Position numbers and translations under genes: made by a program. The notes below the pieces were generated by a model. The model was given only the letters and a program-made list of their open reading frames with translations. It did no database searches and was not told where the DNA came from. Positions 1-15,171 of a stretch of DNA of 64,000 bases are shown here, piece after piece. Origin of the DNA: Rhizophagus irregularis (Eukaryota); assembly GCF_026210795.1 (NCBI RefSeq), contig NC_089433.1, positions 3,906,001 to 3,970,000 of the forward strand, in the 5' to 3' direction. Position 1 is the stretch's first letter. Each line of letters begins with the position of its first letter.

Positions 1-784
1 TTATTCAGGGCTTTTTTCTCAGCCTCTATTTTTTCGTTTTCCTTAGCTACTTTTTTTCTTCGGCTGCTTTTATCGCCTCCTCTTCCTTTTTTTTTCTGCA
101 GCGGCTGCTTCTTTTTGAGCCTTAATAGCTGCTAAAGCTTGTCTTTTCTTTTCATCCTCCGCTAATTGACGATTTATTTCTTCTTGTTTTTTTGCTTGTA
201 ATCTACGATCGTAATTCTAAAATAAAATGAGTAATTATTATTGAAGAAGATATATAAGTTATTACATTATGAAATCAGATCAAATTATTTTCTCACTAAA
301 TCCCGTACAATTGTAATGATTTTGAATAATTGGACAGACCTCTGCCTCTTGACTCCATTTTGCTTGTTCAACTTGAAAATCTTTTTGTCTTCTAAGTCTC
401 TCTTTCTCACTAAAACAATATAGAATTAAAAATAAGAATGGTTTATTATAAAAACATCGGCGAACTTACTATTGCAGGTTTATTTTTTCACAAAATTTTT
501 GCCATTGTTTATATTTTTCTTCCCGCATTCGTTCTGCTTCTTCATATCTTTTTTTCACTTCTTCTCTAGCTAATAAAATATCATGTTCGTGCTCTCTTTC
601 TCTCTGTTCTAAAGTTTGCTATAAAGGAGAAAAGTTTTAATATTCAACAATAATAACGAATTTAAATTTAACAAACTTCACAAACCTGTATTAGTTCGTT
701 CCTCCACTTTATTTTCTCACTTTCGAACCTATCACTTTCACATGCAACAAAATCCAACTCTTCTTGTGTTACTGGCTTCTGCAT
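1..784 (-). CDS. Spliced gene for a charged coiled-coil protein, running off the left edge of the window
   Basis: Exons ~784-686, 618-470, 409-~340 and ~215-1 join in frame through GT-AG introns: MQKPVTQEELDF...QTLEQREREHE...YEKERLRRQKDFQVEQAKWSQEAE...NYDRRLQAKKQEEINRQLAEDEKKRQALAAIKAQKEAAAAEKK. The start codon is uncertain and no family motif was recognised. Confidence 0.55.
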
Positions 785-1102
785 TCTATATAAACAAGAG
801 ATACAAACAGGGAGAAATTAATGTAAGGAAAACGTCTGAATATTGAATAAATTTTGTCACATGATAAATAATATTTGTTTAACGTCTTTAATTTTTGTAC
901 AACTCATTGAAACCATTGGTCTAATGCAGATCAACTAGACAATATATAAATTTACCCAAAAATAATCATTATTTCCTTATAACGTAACTTCGCATAACCT
1001 ATAAGCTGCTTTATTTACCTTAAATAGAGGTTATTTATAAATAATGTTTCCTGCATCATTTTCCGTATTTTTCTCAATTTCTCTCTCTTTTTTATTCTGA
1101 AA

Positions 1103-4100
1103 ATGGCCAGTCTATCATTATATGATAGATTAAGACAAAATGATGATTTTGAATTACCAGAATTAAGACCAAGATCACCAAGATCACCAAAAAATGAAGA
1201 AGACAACCCTATTTATAGTTTAAAAAGCAGAAATAGCACTGGTGATACAGAAGAATTTGACGATGACACATATCTTTTGCCATCTAATAGATCAAATATA
1301 GATGTAAACTCTCCAGTACCGATGGTCGCTGCGGTAATTGATTAAATTGACTCACTAATGAATTACTCTTTTATTCGAGTGTAAATAGTGTAAATAACAA
1401 TTAAATATTATAATAGGCAGTTAGTATTAAGGATGATCCGTCTCTACCATGTATAACGTTTCGTTTCTGGGTTCTAAGTTTTGTAAGTGATAGTTTTAAT
1501 GGCTTACAATTATAATAACCTGTCTAATTTTTTATGAAAAATATCTTTTTCAGATATTTACGGCACTTGGAGCTGCTGTATCAGAATTTTATTATTTTAG
1601 ATCAAACGGTGGTGGATATTCGATTTTTTTTGTATTACTTGTTTCTTTTGTTATTGGTAAATGGATGGCTCGTGTACTTCCTACAGATGAATTTAAAATT
1701 GGGAATTGGAGATTTACATTAAATCCAGGTAACGTATTGATAGGTATTGATTTAATTTATGCCGCCTGAAATTTAATTTGGGTTTTTTTTTTACTTAGGT
1801 CCATTTAATATAAAAGAGCATGTGCTTATAGCTGTTGCAGCAGGAGCTGGAGGTGGTTCGGCTTATGGCACTGTTAGTAAATCAAATTTTTTTTGCGATC
1901 TTTATAAATAATAAAAATGTTAACAATTTATCATTGTTTATTTATTAAAAGGATATTATAGCCATACAAGAGCTTTTCTATAATCAACATTCTGGATTCT
2001 TCATAGGAATTCTGCTTTTATTGAGCACACAAATGATCGGATACGGGCTATCTGGATTTTTAAGAAAATGTAAATAAAAAAATATGTTGTCAATGAATTA
2101 CATAATACCTTAATTCTAACCTTTTTTTTTTATTTTAATAGATCTTGTACGGCCAGCGAATATGTTGGTATGATAATATTGATATTTATACGAATAATTG
2201 ACTGATTGATAATTTTCTAATTGTTTTTCGTTATTAAAAGTGGCCATCAAATTTAGTATTTTCGAGCCTTTTCTCAACACTTCACGGAAATGCTGCAGAT
2301 ACACGTGATAAGCTTAGACTTTTCTCGATTGCCTTCATCTTCATGTTTTTTTGGCAATTTTTCCCTCAGTACATATTTACTATGCTGACGAGCATATCAA
2401 TATTATGTTTGATAAAACCTTTTAATGCGGATATTATTCGCTTTGGTAGCGGATATCACGGATTGGGTATATTGAATTTTTCCTTAGATTGGAATGCAAT
2501 TGGACAACCAGGTCCACTTTACACCCCATGGTAAAGAATTTTTTTTATTTTACTGGATTAATATATTCAATTAATAACATTGTTATAATAAATTAATAGG
2601 TGGGCACAAGTTAATTGGTATGCTGGTGTAATTATTGGATCATGGATTATTGCGCCAATTTTGTATTATAATAATGTTTGGTAAGAATTCGTTTATTAGT
2701 TCCAAAATTGTTATTTAATAAGAAACTATAATATATATATTTATTTTATTATTTTATTATTTAGGATGGCAAAATCTTTTCCATTTTTGGCGACTTATTC
2801 TCTGCATAGAGATGGAGAAAGGTGAATTGAGACGACTTATTGAAAGTTTTATTAACATATAAAGAAAAAAGACATTTATCTAATTTTTTTTTTATGTAAA
2901 TTCAAATTAGATATAATCAAACTAAAATCATTGACATGAATACGGGAATGTTAAATGAGACGGCATATAATGAATATGGACCCGTTTATTTAAGCGTTAC
3001 ATTTGCAGCCGGATATTTTTATTCTTTTATTTCTTTCACGGCAGCCATTACTCATGTTGCTTTATTTTATGGGAGTGAGATCTGGGGAAGATTTAAAGCA
3101 AGTCGATCTGAAGATGATGAAGATGTTCATTGTAAAATGATGAGGAGTTATGAAGGTATAAATGATTCATTATGAATTTAATTTCTATACTTAATCCTTT
3201 ACTTATTCAATCTATTATTATTAAAAATTATTTAGATATTCCAAATTGGTGGTATGCAACTATATTTTTCGCCATGTTATTCGTAGCAATATTTTTGTGT
3301 TACGCATCAGGATCACACTTACCATGGTATGGATTATTGTTGGCTGTGGGGCTTGCGTGTGTTATGGTTTTACCCATAGGTTTGTGGATTTATTTGTTTA
3401 TGGGTTTTCTTCTTTTATTAAAGTGGAATAAGTGGAATAATAAAAAAAAAAATTTTGTTTCAGGAATTATTCAAGCTATATCGAATAATCAAGTTGGTCT
3501 TAACGTCGTAACAGAAATGATATGCGGGTAATTTTCATTTTAAATACTTAAAATTATCATTAGTATATAATTTCATCAAATTTTTATTTATTTTTAGGTA
3601 CTTGTTTCCAGGTCGTCCAATTGCTAATGTTTATTTCAAATGTTATGGATATATGGCTATGCACCAATGTTTATCTTTTGTATCTGATCTAAAACTTGGT
3701 AATTATTAATAATGAGAAATTAAATCAACTTCATGAAAATGATTTATTTTTAACCTTAATTAATCTATTTTTAGGTCATTATATGAAAATTCCTCCAAAA
3801 GCTATGTTTACAGCACAATTATGGGGCACGATAATAGGTGCTTTTGTAAATTATTGGTTACTTCAAATAATTATAGAAGCAAAAAGGCCATATTTGGATG
3901 GGACTACGCAAGATCCAACGGGTCAATGGACAGGTTATCGTTCTCAAGTTTTCAATACTGCTTCAATAGTATGGGGTTTAATTGGACCTGGTAAAACTTT
4001 TGGCAAAGTAAGCTAATGAGGAGTTATTTAATATTTATTTTAGAATTTTATTTATTTATATATATTTTTTATGTAGGGATCTATATATAATCCATTATTA

Positions 4101-4730
4101 TGGGGATTTTTGTTGGGATTTCTTGCGCCCGTTCCCATTTATTTGTTACATAAAAAATATCCAAAAGCAAAGTTCCATTTAATCACAGTTCCTTTAATAT
4201 GTGATGGTTTAGTGATTTTACCTGGTACATATACAAATTTTATAATATCAGGTTTTATTGCAGCATTCTTAAGTCAATACTGGGCTTATAGATATCGACA
4301 AAAAGTAAGTAACAAATTTTATTTAAGAGAGTATTTATAATATATACTAAGTAATATTAACGTTCTATATAATATCCAAATTTATTAATACTAACAGTGG
4401 TGGAAAAAGTAAGTACTTTATTATTATTATTATTGATTCCTTGCTTAAATTTATTAAAACCCAAAATTATATTTTTATATAGGTATAATTATATACTTTC
4501 GGCCGCGTTTGATAGTGCATCACAAATAGTTACAATGTTTATTTTCTTCTTTTTTAATATTGCGTTCAAGGTAAGTAAATCAATAATAATTATTATTATT
4601 ACTACATGACACGTCTTAATATTATTTCGTATTTATATAGGTACAATTCCCTGAATGGTACGGTAATAACGCTGAAACACAGGGAGAAAGGTGTTTTCAA
4701 GATCCTTCACAAAAGACTGATATTAATTAG
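1103..4730 (+). CDS. OPT-family oligopeptide transporter, many short introns
   Basis: Spliced motifs SPVPMVAA..DDPSLPCITFRFW, NPGPFNIKEH, LVRPANMLWPSNL, GLGILNFSLDW, DLKLGHYMKIPP, WWKKYNYILSAAFD. Last exon 4641-4730 ends in TAG. Confidence 0.93.
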
Positions 4731-5244
4731 TATAAACTGTATTAGGTAAGCATCATAACATTAAAAAATAATATACAAATCACGTAATTTTATTTTTTCA
4801 TGACATGAAACATGAATATACAAAAATTTTAGATTTTATACTAATAATAATCACTTTAATTTAGTATAATAATTTTATTATTGTAAATATATAATATAAT
4901 AATTTTATTTTATTTTATTTATTATTATTTATTTATTTGAATTTGGAATTTATCACAATAGTTCTTTTTTTTTTCATCTTATACTGTATAATTAATATAT
5001 CTATAGAGATCTTCAATTAAAAAATGTATTTGTAATACTTTTAATACTTTTTACTTTTCATAATTTTATGAGATTTAATTTGGAGACGCGAAAAAAAAAA
5101 TGATGATATATTAAAATTAATAATATTTAAAGTTTAAAATATTTATTATTTTTATCAATCATTATTATCTAATATTAACTGCAAAAAAAAAAATCACCTA
5201 CTCATCTGATCTCTTTCTAATATAATAGAATGAATCTTTAACTC

Positions 5245-6379
5245 TTATAAAGATTTTTTATCACCAACTGATTTAGCAACTTTTTCTCTTTTCCTATCAG
5301 CTCTATAGAAATTAGCGAATAAAGCTAACATAGTTACCATATAAACCCAAAGTAAAGCAGTTAATGAGAATGGATAAGTATTTTTTTCTTCAGGGCGTAA
5401 TACTTTAAAGTGAATAATATCATAAGTAGCTTGAACCATCATCATAATAAATTGAGTCATTTGAAATTGTGTAATATAACGTTTTAAGAAACGAATTGGG
5501 AATGACAATGTCGTACTAAGGTAATAGCCATACATAATAACATGTACGACTATAAAAAAAAATTTAATATTTGGATTAGCGCAAGCTAAATTAGTCGCAT
5601 ACTTAAAAAATAAGATCAAGTGAATTTATTAACTTACGTGAATTTAAAGCAGCACTAAAATAAGATTCTCCATTTGGAGCGACAAAAGTTACAAACCACC
5701 ATATCATAAAGATAGAAAAATGATGATAAACATGTAAGAAAGAGATTTGATGATTATTCTTTTTCAAAACCATAATAAAAGTATCCATAAATTCACTAAT
5801 TTTTGAAACATAAAATAACCAAACATATTTTGCCATCTAAATGAGAAAATATTTAATGAATGTTAAAAAAAAGAATATATATATATATATATATAATTGA
5901 GGATTAAAAAAAATTACTTGGATTTTATTTACCTGAAAACCTTCTTCTGATCTTACTTCAGGATTAGCAAATAAAGAATAACCATTTTTCCAAGCTTCAA
6001 AAGTAATAGTGAGAAACATATATGAACTCAAAGAGACCAAGAAAAGATTATGAAAAATACTTAATATTCTAACATTAAGTTTTTCTCTACGTGACATAAA
6101 AATTTTGCCAAAATATATTGTTAATAAATACGCGATAGTAATTAATAAAACATGAAAAGGGTTCATTAAAGGTAAACGAGCTGATAAAGGTGATTGATTC
6201 TTTTCCATAAATTTCGAGACATTTTCATATAAAGAAGGTAATGATGATTTAAATGTTGATTTTATTGTAACTTCTATAGGAGTTAAATATGGGTCAGCAA
6301 TAATTCCAATAGTTTCAAAAAAAGTTATAAAGTGGTCAACTGGTTCTTTTGAAACAAAATTTGTTGAATTTGTTTCCAT
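5245..6379 (-). CDS. ELO/GNS1-SUR4 fatty-acid elongase, PUFA (delta-6, Mortierella GLELO-like) type; 3 exons (6379-5933, 5836-5638, 5549-5245)
   Basis: LPLMNPFHVLLI, FYVSKISEFMDTFIMVLKK, His box SFLHVYHH, APNGESYFSAALNS, HVIMYGYY, ITQFQMTQF, C-terminal KKxx (DKKSL). Confidence 0.92.
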
Positions 6380-9300
6380 TATTGTAATACAATTGAATAT
6401 AATTGAATATTTGAAAAAAAAAAATGATTTTTTTTTTATTAGAAGAAAAAAAAAAAATTTCGATGGGGTAAAAAGATCATCAAGATCAGATCACGGATAT
6501 TTATATTTAAAACAACAATCTTAACAATTTTTGGGTTACACATTAAAAAGAATTTTTTTTTTCTTCAAATTGTTTATTATTGTGTTACATTATTATATTT
6601 ATCACGAGGAAAGTTATTAAATTCCCCCAAAAAAATTCTTAGTTAGATTTGCATGAATAAGATATAACCAATAAAAATTTTTTCGAGATGAAGTAAAAAA
6701 ATTATCTTTTTTATGCATTCCTGTTATTGAATAGACTAAATTTGGACAATTTATTAAGTAAATAATATGTTCCTTTTTTTCACGCGTTTATACATCGCGT
6801 TATAACGAAATGTTTAAAGCCTTAAAACCTGTCAATTACGTGTGTACCCATGTACAGTTAGTAAATTACTTATATAATAATACAAATCTTTTTTACAAAT
6901 CCTGATGCAATTAATTTATTAAATGGTAAAATTAAAAAAAAATATATATAAATATTTATTAATAACTCCTTATATGTAATCTTCTATAGAAATCTAGAAA
7001 TCTATAAGTTGGATTAGTATCTAAAATCGGAAGTAATGGTTGTACCTTGATTATATGATTGTAGAGTTATTATTACTATTATTTACTGTCATCGTATTAT
7101 ATGTGAGTCTTTATTACGTTAGATTCGACTCAGATTACTCAGTATAAAATTCATGTTCTAAAAATAGTCGTTCTGCTTGGATTTTTAAGTGTTACGAACG
7201 AACAAATGTTTGAATCAATTCAATGTAGACTTAAATATTAATTATTTTACAAAATAATAAATTTCATTTTCGCATCTCTTTCATTGATTTCAAGTTATAG
7301 TTATCAATCAAAATTTTATTATTAAAATATTGTTATTAAAATATTCTTCATTGTTTTATAATTTTACAGTCTCTCAAACCGGAAGCTGCCACGTAGCATT
7401 TTAGTAAACTTGATAAATATTTTTGTTTAACAACTTAACTTAGCATTTGTCCTTTACGATTTTGTATTGTTTCAAATGAATTTTACGATTTTACGATTTT
7501 ACAATTGTCCGCAGCGCTCATTGTTTAAAAAATAATTTTTTTTTTCTTTTGATTAATGCTTTTATGGTAAATTTTGGTAACACTTCAAATAAAAAACCAA
7601 ATTTGTATTCAACCTACGTTTTTCCGAATGATTCTTCTGTTACTCAGACTAAGAAGAAAAAGTTCTACTTTTTTTTTTGTGACATATGATTTTAAGTAAT
7701 CCCGAATTTTTTGAACACTTGTGATCATCAAATTAATAACACGTGTAAAAGAGAATCATTTCTAAATGAAATATATACATTTTAATTATTAATTTTCCCC
7801 AAAAAAGACCAACGCCTTTTACGCCATATTGCATATAGATTATAGATTTCAACAACGCGATTGTCTAAAGAAGTTTACAATTTCTAAATATTAAATGATA
7901 TTTTTTTGGTATTATTAGTCCTCATGAAATAGATTCATTTAATTTCATTAGTAATAGAAAAATGTTTATAACAAATTTCAGTGTAATAAGGAAAATAGTT
8001 CTGGTAGTTTAGGTAGTTTACGAAGAAAATTTAAAGCGGAAATCATCAATATAAGAAAATAGAGTTATTACGTTCAGTTATGACAGATTTTGTTATTTTG
8101 CCACAAGAAAATTCAAATATTTTTATTGGTAAATCTAAAGGATGGGAATTGGTATGAATTGGTACGAGGTTTATTTAATAATAATATTAACAAATTTGGT
8201 CGTGATCAGAATTCAGGAGACGAAAGTGATGGTAAAGGAGTTATGTTTTCATAATATGAGAAATATTATTTGGAATTATCGTTGTAATGAGGTTAAACAA
8301 TATTAGTGGTAAGTGAGTGGACGTAATCGTAGGTATAAAGAAATTGATGACGATAAAACGAATAAAACTCAAAAAACATAGAAATAGTAAATCAAAAAAA
8401 AATTTAGAATTAGAAAAACAGGTAACGCTTGACAAAATGATTGGTAATATAATCGCTAATATATCTTTGACAAATACTTGGTACTTAACAACGAAACAGA
8501 TTTATAGAAATAGTTTATGCATTAGATTTAGATAGAAAATTTAGTTATAAAGATAATTTTCTCTCTGAGATTATTATTTTTAGGTATTTCTATTGATCTA
8601 TTGATCTGTAATTAATTTACTTATTTTACTTATTAATAAAGAAATGTGTTACTAATGTTAAAAAAAAAGTGATCGTGAATATAAAGAAAACAATAAATAA
8701 TTTAAACATAATATTAGAGGTAAACAATGAAAACGATATAATAAAGGAACAATTGTATGTATTTATATTGTTGGTGCGTAAAAATAGTATTATTTTGTAA
8801 TATTGTTGTCCTACGATAAAAATAATCGTTACTAACAAATAATTTTTGACCTAATTTGATTATCTCATACTATTACAATTCTGACGAATAGATACTCCGT
8901 TTCACTAAAGGAGATAAATAATAATAAAAGTTTCCGATTTTTATACAAAAAAATAACAGGATCGTCATTTTAAGAGATTATCAAATCTCAAAAAGATATT
9001 TACTTAGCCATTTTTCATTGTATTTATTGTATTTGAGATCATGTAATTTTTATGGCTGAATCAAAATATTCAACATATAAAACTTGTTCAAATTTGATTT
9101 GATCGTTGATCATTGAAATTGTTATATAAATCGCCTTTCTTTTCCTTCCTTTCCTTTTTTTTTCTTTTTTTATATATATATATATTTTTACCTCTCCTTT
9201 TTCATAAATTCTTTTTAATCTATAAACGAAATAAATTCTCAGCGACATATAAACAATATTTCCTAAAGCCTCACCTGAGCAAACTAAACTTTTAAAATTA

Positions 9301-10832
9301 GTCAATGCACAGCCAAGGAAAATCAAATTCCGCAGTAATTGATTTTCTAGTAATAAAAATAAATTACTATCTTATAATGATTATTTTAATTTATTCAAAT
9401 ATTATACAATACAGAATGCCATGCTCATGTTCATCTATAATTAAATTAAAGACATGAATTCAAAATATAAAAAAAAAATATATTTTATATGAATACTGAA
9501 CTAATTCATGGTGAATTTCATAGTGGTAATTAGTTGTAGTTTATTTTATATAAAAATAGATTATATATTAATTTTAGAATACACATTACCACTGGTATCC
9601 TTATATAGCACCTGAAGTTATTTCCTTATATAGCACCTGAAGTTATCAGTAGTTTAAAATATATATTTATCAATATAACTGGATGCATTTTAATGAATAA
9701 ACTTTATTATTTAATTATTAATCGTGATTTGCATTCCAGTAATGTTTGTCCTTAGATTATATTATAAATATACTATATTAGAATACCAATTGTATTAACA
9801 ATTTTATCATACAATTAATTTACAATTTAATTATCTAATTATGGTCAATGATACTCTCATCATATATGTAATAGTTATTTTGTGGATATCACGGCACAAA
9901 CTAGTTACTTTTAAAATAAATTTTTATCCTTTTCCTTATTAAATTATTAATTATTGTTTAAAGAATTTAAAGTAGATAATTCATTAGAAACAACAATGAT
10001 CATAGATTCTTCTTTTTATTATAAAAAAAATGTGAAATGATACAAACTTATATTTATTTTATTTCTATATATTTAATTTCTTATATAAAAGAAGAAATGA
10101 AAACTTACAATAATTTCATAGAAGGATGAAAATTAAGCAATATCTATCTTAACATTATTGATCATGAAAAATCATAGTTAATCAAGTGACAAAACTAATT
10201 AAAGTTTCATTAGATATGTAACTACTTCATTGTTTTTAACCAGTATCATGGTTTTTAATAAAAAATATAATTTAAAAATAATTTCTTATTGAAAGGACCA
10301 TTAATGGCACAAAGTACGCCCAATTAATAGAATTTTATGTTGGATTTTCTTGGTTTCACCCGATCAAGCTCATTAACTAATTGAAACATTGAGAGCATCC
10401 AATTTATTGATCTTTGATTTTTTTTTTGTCTCAGGAATTGGATTTAGTGAAGAACTATTCCTAATTATTGAAAATATATAGAAAATGAAAAATGCAAAAA
10501 TTCATAATTGACAACTCTAACCTTTATAACTAGAAGTTTTATGTTATAATAATGAAAGAAATTATTTTATTATCATTAGAAACTTATGGACTATAAACCA
10601 AAAAATATTATTGTAATAAATATTATATTGATTAAAAGTAATAATCAAGCATCAAATAGATACTTTTAGAAATTTTATATTAAACATTTATAATAATGAG
10701 AATAACAAAAGTTTTTATAAAATAGATTTTTTTTTATAATGGAAAGAGAAATCCCCTTAATCATTATTTATATATTACATACTTTTACAAAAGCAAATAT
10801 TATAGATCCAGAAAATATTCATAATTTAGATA

Positions 10833-11000
10833 TTACTTACCGATCAGGGAACACATTTTGTCAATGAGATGCTCAACTCTTTATGTCAGCAATTTGGGGT
10901 GACTCCTCGTTCATCCACGCCCTATCATCCTCAGACGAATGGCTTAGTAGAGAGATTTAACCAGCATGTTGTCGAAATGTTAGCTCAATATTCAGATTGA
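10833..11000 (+). pseudogene. Isolated LTR-retrotransposon (Ty3/Gypsy-like) integrase core fragment
   Basis: Translates LLTDQGTHFVNEMLNSLCQQFGVTPRSSTPYHPQTNGLVERFNQHVVEMLAQYSD*, the second D and E of the rve DDE triad. No LTRs or other domains were seen nearby. Confidence 0.82.
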
Positions 11001-13681
11001 ACAAAAGGAAGATCTCAAATACTTTGTTATTAATGTTTACTTTTTTATCATAAGAAAGAAAAAAGTGTCATTAATGATTTATAATAATAATTAAATTTGC
11101 TTTTTTACATAATGAAAATAAACTTTCAAATAAAGTTTACCAGATAATATAATATTATTGTCGTTTAAAAGCATGTTACCAGAATGACTTGAAAGCAGCA
11201 GATTTTAGTATTACTTATTTTTAGTTGATGAACATGATAGAAGAAATGTGACAGATTCTTACCTGAACCATACAAAAATGTTGATAAACCATTTTTCATA
11301 GAAGATTTGGAAGTTACCTTGAAATTAAACAAAAGTCCAAAAGTCCAAAGTTCTTAATTCATTAAATTTAAATTACTTTATTTTAAATGTGAAAATGAGC
11401 TCGCTCATAAAAATAATGTAGACATAGAAATAAATTTCATATAAAAATAGAAAGTGAAGACCTTGACCGCAATTCATAATTTAAATATTTAAATTTCCAA
11501 TATCTGATATTATTAATTTTAATTAACACATTTAATTAGATTTATTATTTTCATTAAAAAATTTTAGTTTTTAATTTTTAGCTTATAGCTTTTATACTCA
11601 ATAATTTGTCAAATTCCTTCGTGTATTAAAATTATTATTTTTTGTGAATCTTTTTTTTTAATAAATAATAATAATTATATAATTAAATAAGACATTGTAT
11701 TAAATTTATTATACATTAACATTATATAACATAGATGTTAGAATGATTGAAGATTAAGTAGATGATTTGAGAATTGAGATAGTATTTATATTAATGAGGT
11801 TAGTTATTGATCTTTAAAGGTCATAATTTTTGTGAGAATTCATTATCATTTTATTTATTAAAAAAGAATACATTTTTAGACAGTATCAAATACATGCTAT
11901 TGAAAGCAAATAAACTATAGAATCTGTTATTTTTAGAAGAATTAATTTTCGCAGTTATAATTTATCATGTATGAGGAATTCAATTCTTAACATGATGCAG
12001 TAAAGTCACATTTTGGATGAGTGTGGCGACATGAAAAATCTAAAGTATCGACATATTGACATATTAAGTCTATCAGGAATTTAATATTAATACCAAACAA
12101 TCGCAAATATAATGAATGATATTAATTCGATTTAAAAGTTCTGGACTTTGGGTTAATAATCAAGATGTAGGAAAAAAAGATACTCATTATGTAAAGTATA
12201 ATTATACATAAGACGATATAACAATAAAAGATAAGTCAATGTGAAATGATTTATAAAAAAATTTGCTTTAAATTTAAATAAATGTTTTATGTTTTTGCAT
12301 ATAAATCAGAATTATCATCATTGTATTAACTTCATTCACAAGTTCCGAGCAATGTTCTAGTTATATTTCTTGTAGCTGATCTTTTATCTGTATTATATAT
12401 TAAAATTTTTTTTTGATACGGGGGATATTAAAAGGAATTAATAATTAATTAATTTTGAGGGACTTAGACGCAAACACTGCTTGAAATCAAAAATCGTTAA
12501 TTCGAAATAAATACAATAAATACGTAATAGTTATTTCACGCACGAGAAGCTGTAAATATCATTGACCATTATGGCGGAGCCGTGATGGTAGTGAGATTCA
12601 AGGCTGATACTGGTTTAACGTCCCGGATGACTATTAGGAAACGCGGTATAATAACAGATACTCTATAGTAAAAAGACCAAAGATCATGGGTGCGATTGTT
12701 GTCTTATTTGTTGATCAAGCGCCTAATTAATTTTTTTCTCATTTTTTTTTTTATTTTCTAAGTTCTCTTCCTTTAAAAATTGACTTATTCCCAATATATG
12801 AAGAAAATTTGATAAAGTAATCTTTGCTTACAACATTTAATTTTTCAATCCGAGATGAAAAATGATCTTGGCTTAAAGCAGTATTTAATACGTGGAAGTA
12901 TGTAAATAAATTAAAGCGCTCAGCCCCGAATAACAATAATTTTGAGTAAGTTATGACTACATAAATGGTTGTTGATATGAACGAAAATTCTGAAGAATGT
13001 ATTTATTAGTTTCAGAATAGTTTCAATTTGACTAATTTGACTTAAATAGAGGATTTTATATAGTAACGAATGAGAGTAGGAAATTAAAAGGAACTGAAGC
13101 GTATAAGAATGCCACTTTAATCAAATTCTCGAAATATAGACCAAGAAAAGTAGAGAAGGAAGATAAAAGTAGTAATTATTTGCACAATAGCTTAGATGAA
13201 ATAAATAAAAGTAGCTTGGTTTTGATTATTAGCAAAAGAAGTATGTTTATGTATTATGATTTTAGAGCAAATGTACGTGTCGCTCATGCTATTTTATAAA
13301 ACTGTATTATACATTTATACTATTATGTGATGATCGAAAAACAATCATTTGTCAATTATTGTATATACATGATAAAACTTTTGAAAATTTTGGAAATTAT
13401 CTATTCTGGTATATTGTATGAGAATTAATTTGACAAAACACATTCTTGCATAATGTATTATGGCGCAGTAAAAAAATTCTATTTTGGAAAAGAATTACAT
13501 TTAATTTAGTTTAACCATATCTGAAACAATTATAACAATTACATTACTAAATAAGCAAACTGATAAGCGATCGTTAAGCTATAATAAAAAGTATTAACCA
13601 AAATTTATATTTTGAGTTTATACGCCCCTCTCAAAATTAAAACAATTTTTTTTTTTCGTTTGAAATTTAAAAATATAAGTT

Positions 13682-15171
13682 ATGGCGACACAATTTCTTT
13701 CAAAGTTAAGTCAAAACTATATTGAATTATTAGAAGATAATGAATACTATGATATTACAATTGAAGTTGGTAAAGACCCTAATATAAAAATCCTTCGTGC
13801 TCATACAAATATTTTGTGTTACCGTTCTCCATATTTACGACGAACTTTAGTTTCTAGTAAAAAAAATAAGGATAATGTTTTAGCTCATATTAAGTTACCA
13901 AATATATCACCTGAAGTCTTCCAAGTTATTTTAAAGTAAGTTTATTTACAAATAAAGTTTGATATTATAATAAATAGAAAGTTTTATAATATTTATATTA
14001 ATTTAGATATATTTATGGTGGTATTCTCCCATTGAATGACCAAGATAATTCAGAAATTTTTAAAATTTTATTAGCTGCTGATGAGCTGCTTCTTCAAGAA
14101 CTGGTTGATTATTTACAAACATATTTGATTGAAAATAAATTTGAATGGATGGAACAACATTTTGAATTAATTCATCGAACAAGTTTTCAATCCAATTCTT
14201 TAATAAAAATTCAACAATTTTGTACAGATTTTATGGTAAAATCTCCAGAAAAAATATTTAAATCACTTGATTTCACTTCACTTCCTGAAAAATCTTTAGT
14301 TCAACTTATTAAAAGAGATGATTTACAAATGAAAGAAATTGAGGTTTGGGAACATGTATTAAAATGGGGTCTCGAACAAAATCATACACTTCTTCCAGAT
14401 TCTAATACTTGGTCAAATGATGATTTTAAAAAAATGGAAAATACTTTACAACATTGTTTACCTTTAATTAGATTTTTTAGTTTATCATCCAAAGAATTCT
14501 TAGAAAAAGTTCATCCTTATAAAAATCTCTTTAAACGTCAATTTTATGAAAATTTATTAAATTCTCACTTGGATCCTGATAGTGAACCAACTGAAAATAT
14601 TCCACTTCCTAGAAATATTAAAATTGATGGAATTATTAATTCAAATATTATTAATAATTTAAATATTATTTCAACAATTTCAAGACGAATTGATAAGATG
14701 GTCATTAATAATAAATTTGATCACTTGAGAGAATTATATTTGCCGTACAAATTTGAATTATTATTAAGAGGAAGTAGAGATGGATTTTATTCTAAAAAAT
14801 TTTACGAATTATGTAATGGTAAACCTTATACTGTTACATTTATTAAAGTAAAAGGAACGGAAGAAATACTTGGTGGATACAACCCTCTGAAGTGGGAAGC
14901 TTCTAATAGTTGGATTAAAAATAGAGATTGTTTTATTTTTTCTGTTAAAAATAATAATGCTAAAAATGTAATAATTAGTAATATAAAAAATACAGATCGT
15001 GCATTATATTATGGTTATAGTAGTCCATATTTTAGTGATATTGCTATGTTTTCTAGTTATGATAATAAATATATTTCTTATGGAAGGGGTAATTATGAAA
15101 AAAAGATAAGAGATTCTGAAGGTGGATTTTATATGGAAGATTATGAAGTATTTCAAATTATAAAGAGGTAA
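13682..15171 (+). CDS. BTB/POZ-BACK-TLDc protein (copy 1), 2 exons
   Basis: BTB (YYDITIEVG..LRAHTNILCYRSPY); intron 13936-14006 after FQVILK; BACK (LIKRDDLQMKEIEVWEHVLKWG); TLDc (LLRGSRDGF, ILGGYNP, EDYEVF). Confidence 0.9.

Noticed and set aside
9599..9646. Duplicated 23-mer encoding PYIAPEV (kinase subdomain VIII-like)
   Set aside because: Too short, with no surrounding kinase frame; at most an old pseudogene scrap.
6400..13600. Short ORFs in the long AT-rich interval
   Set aside because: No recognisable domains or consistent splice structure apart from the integrase scrap.
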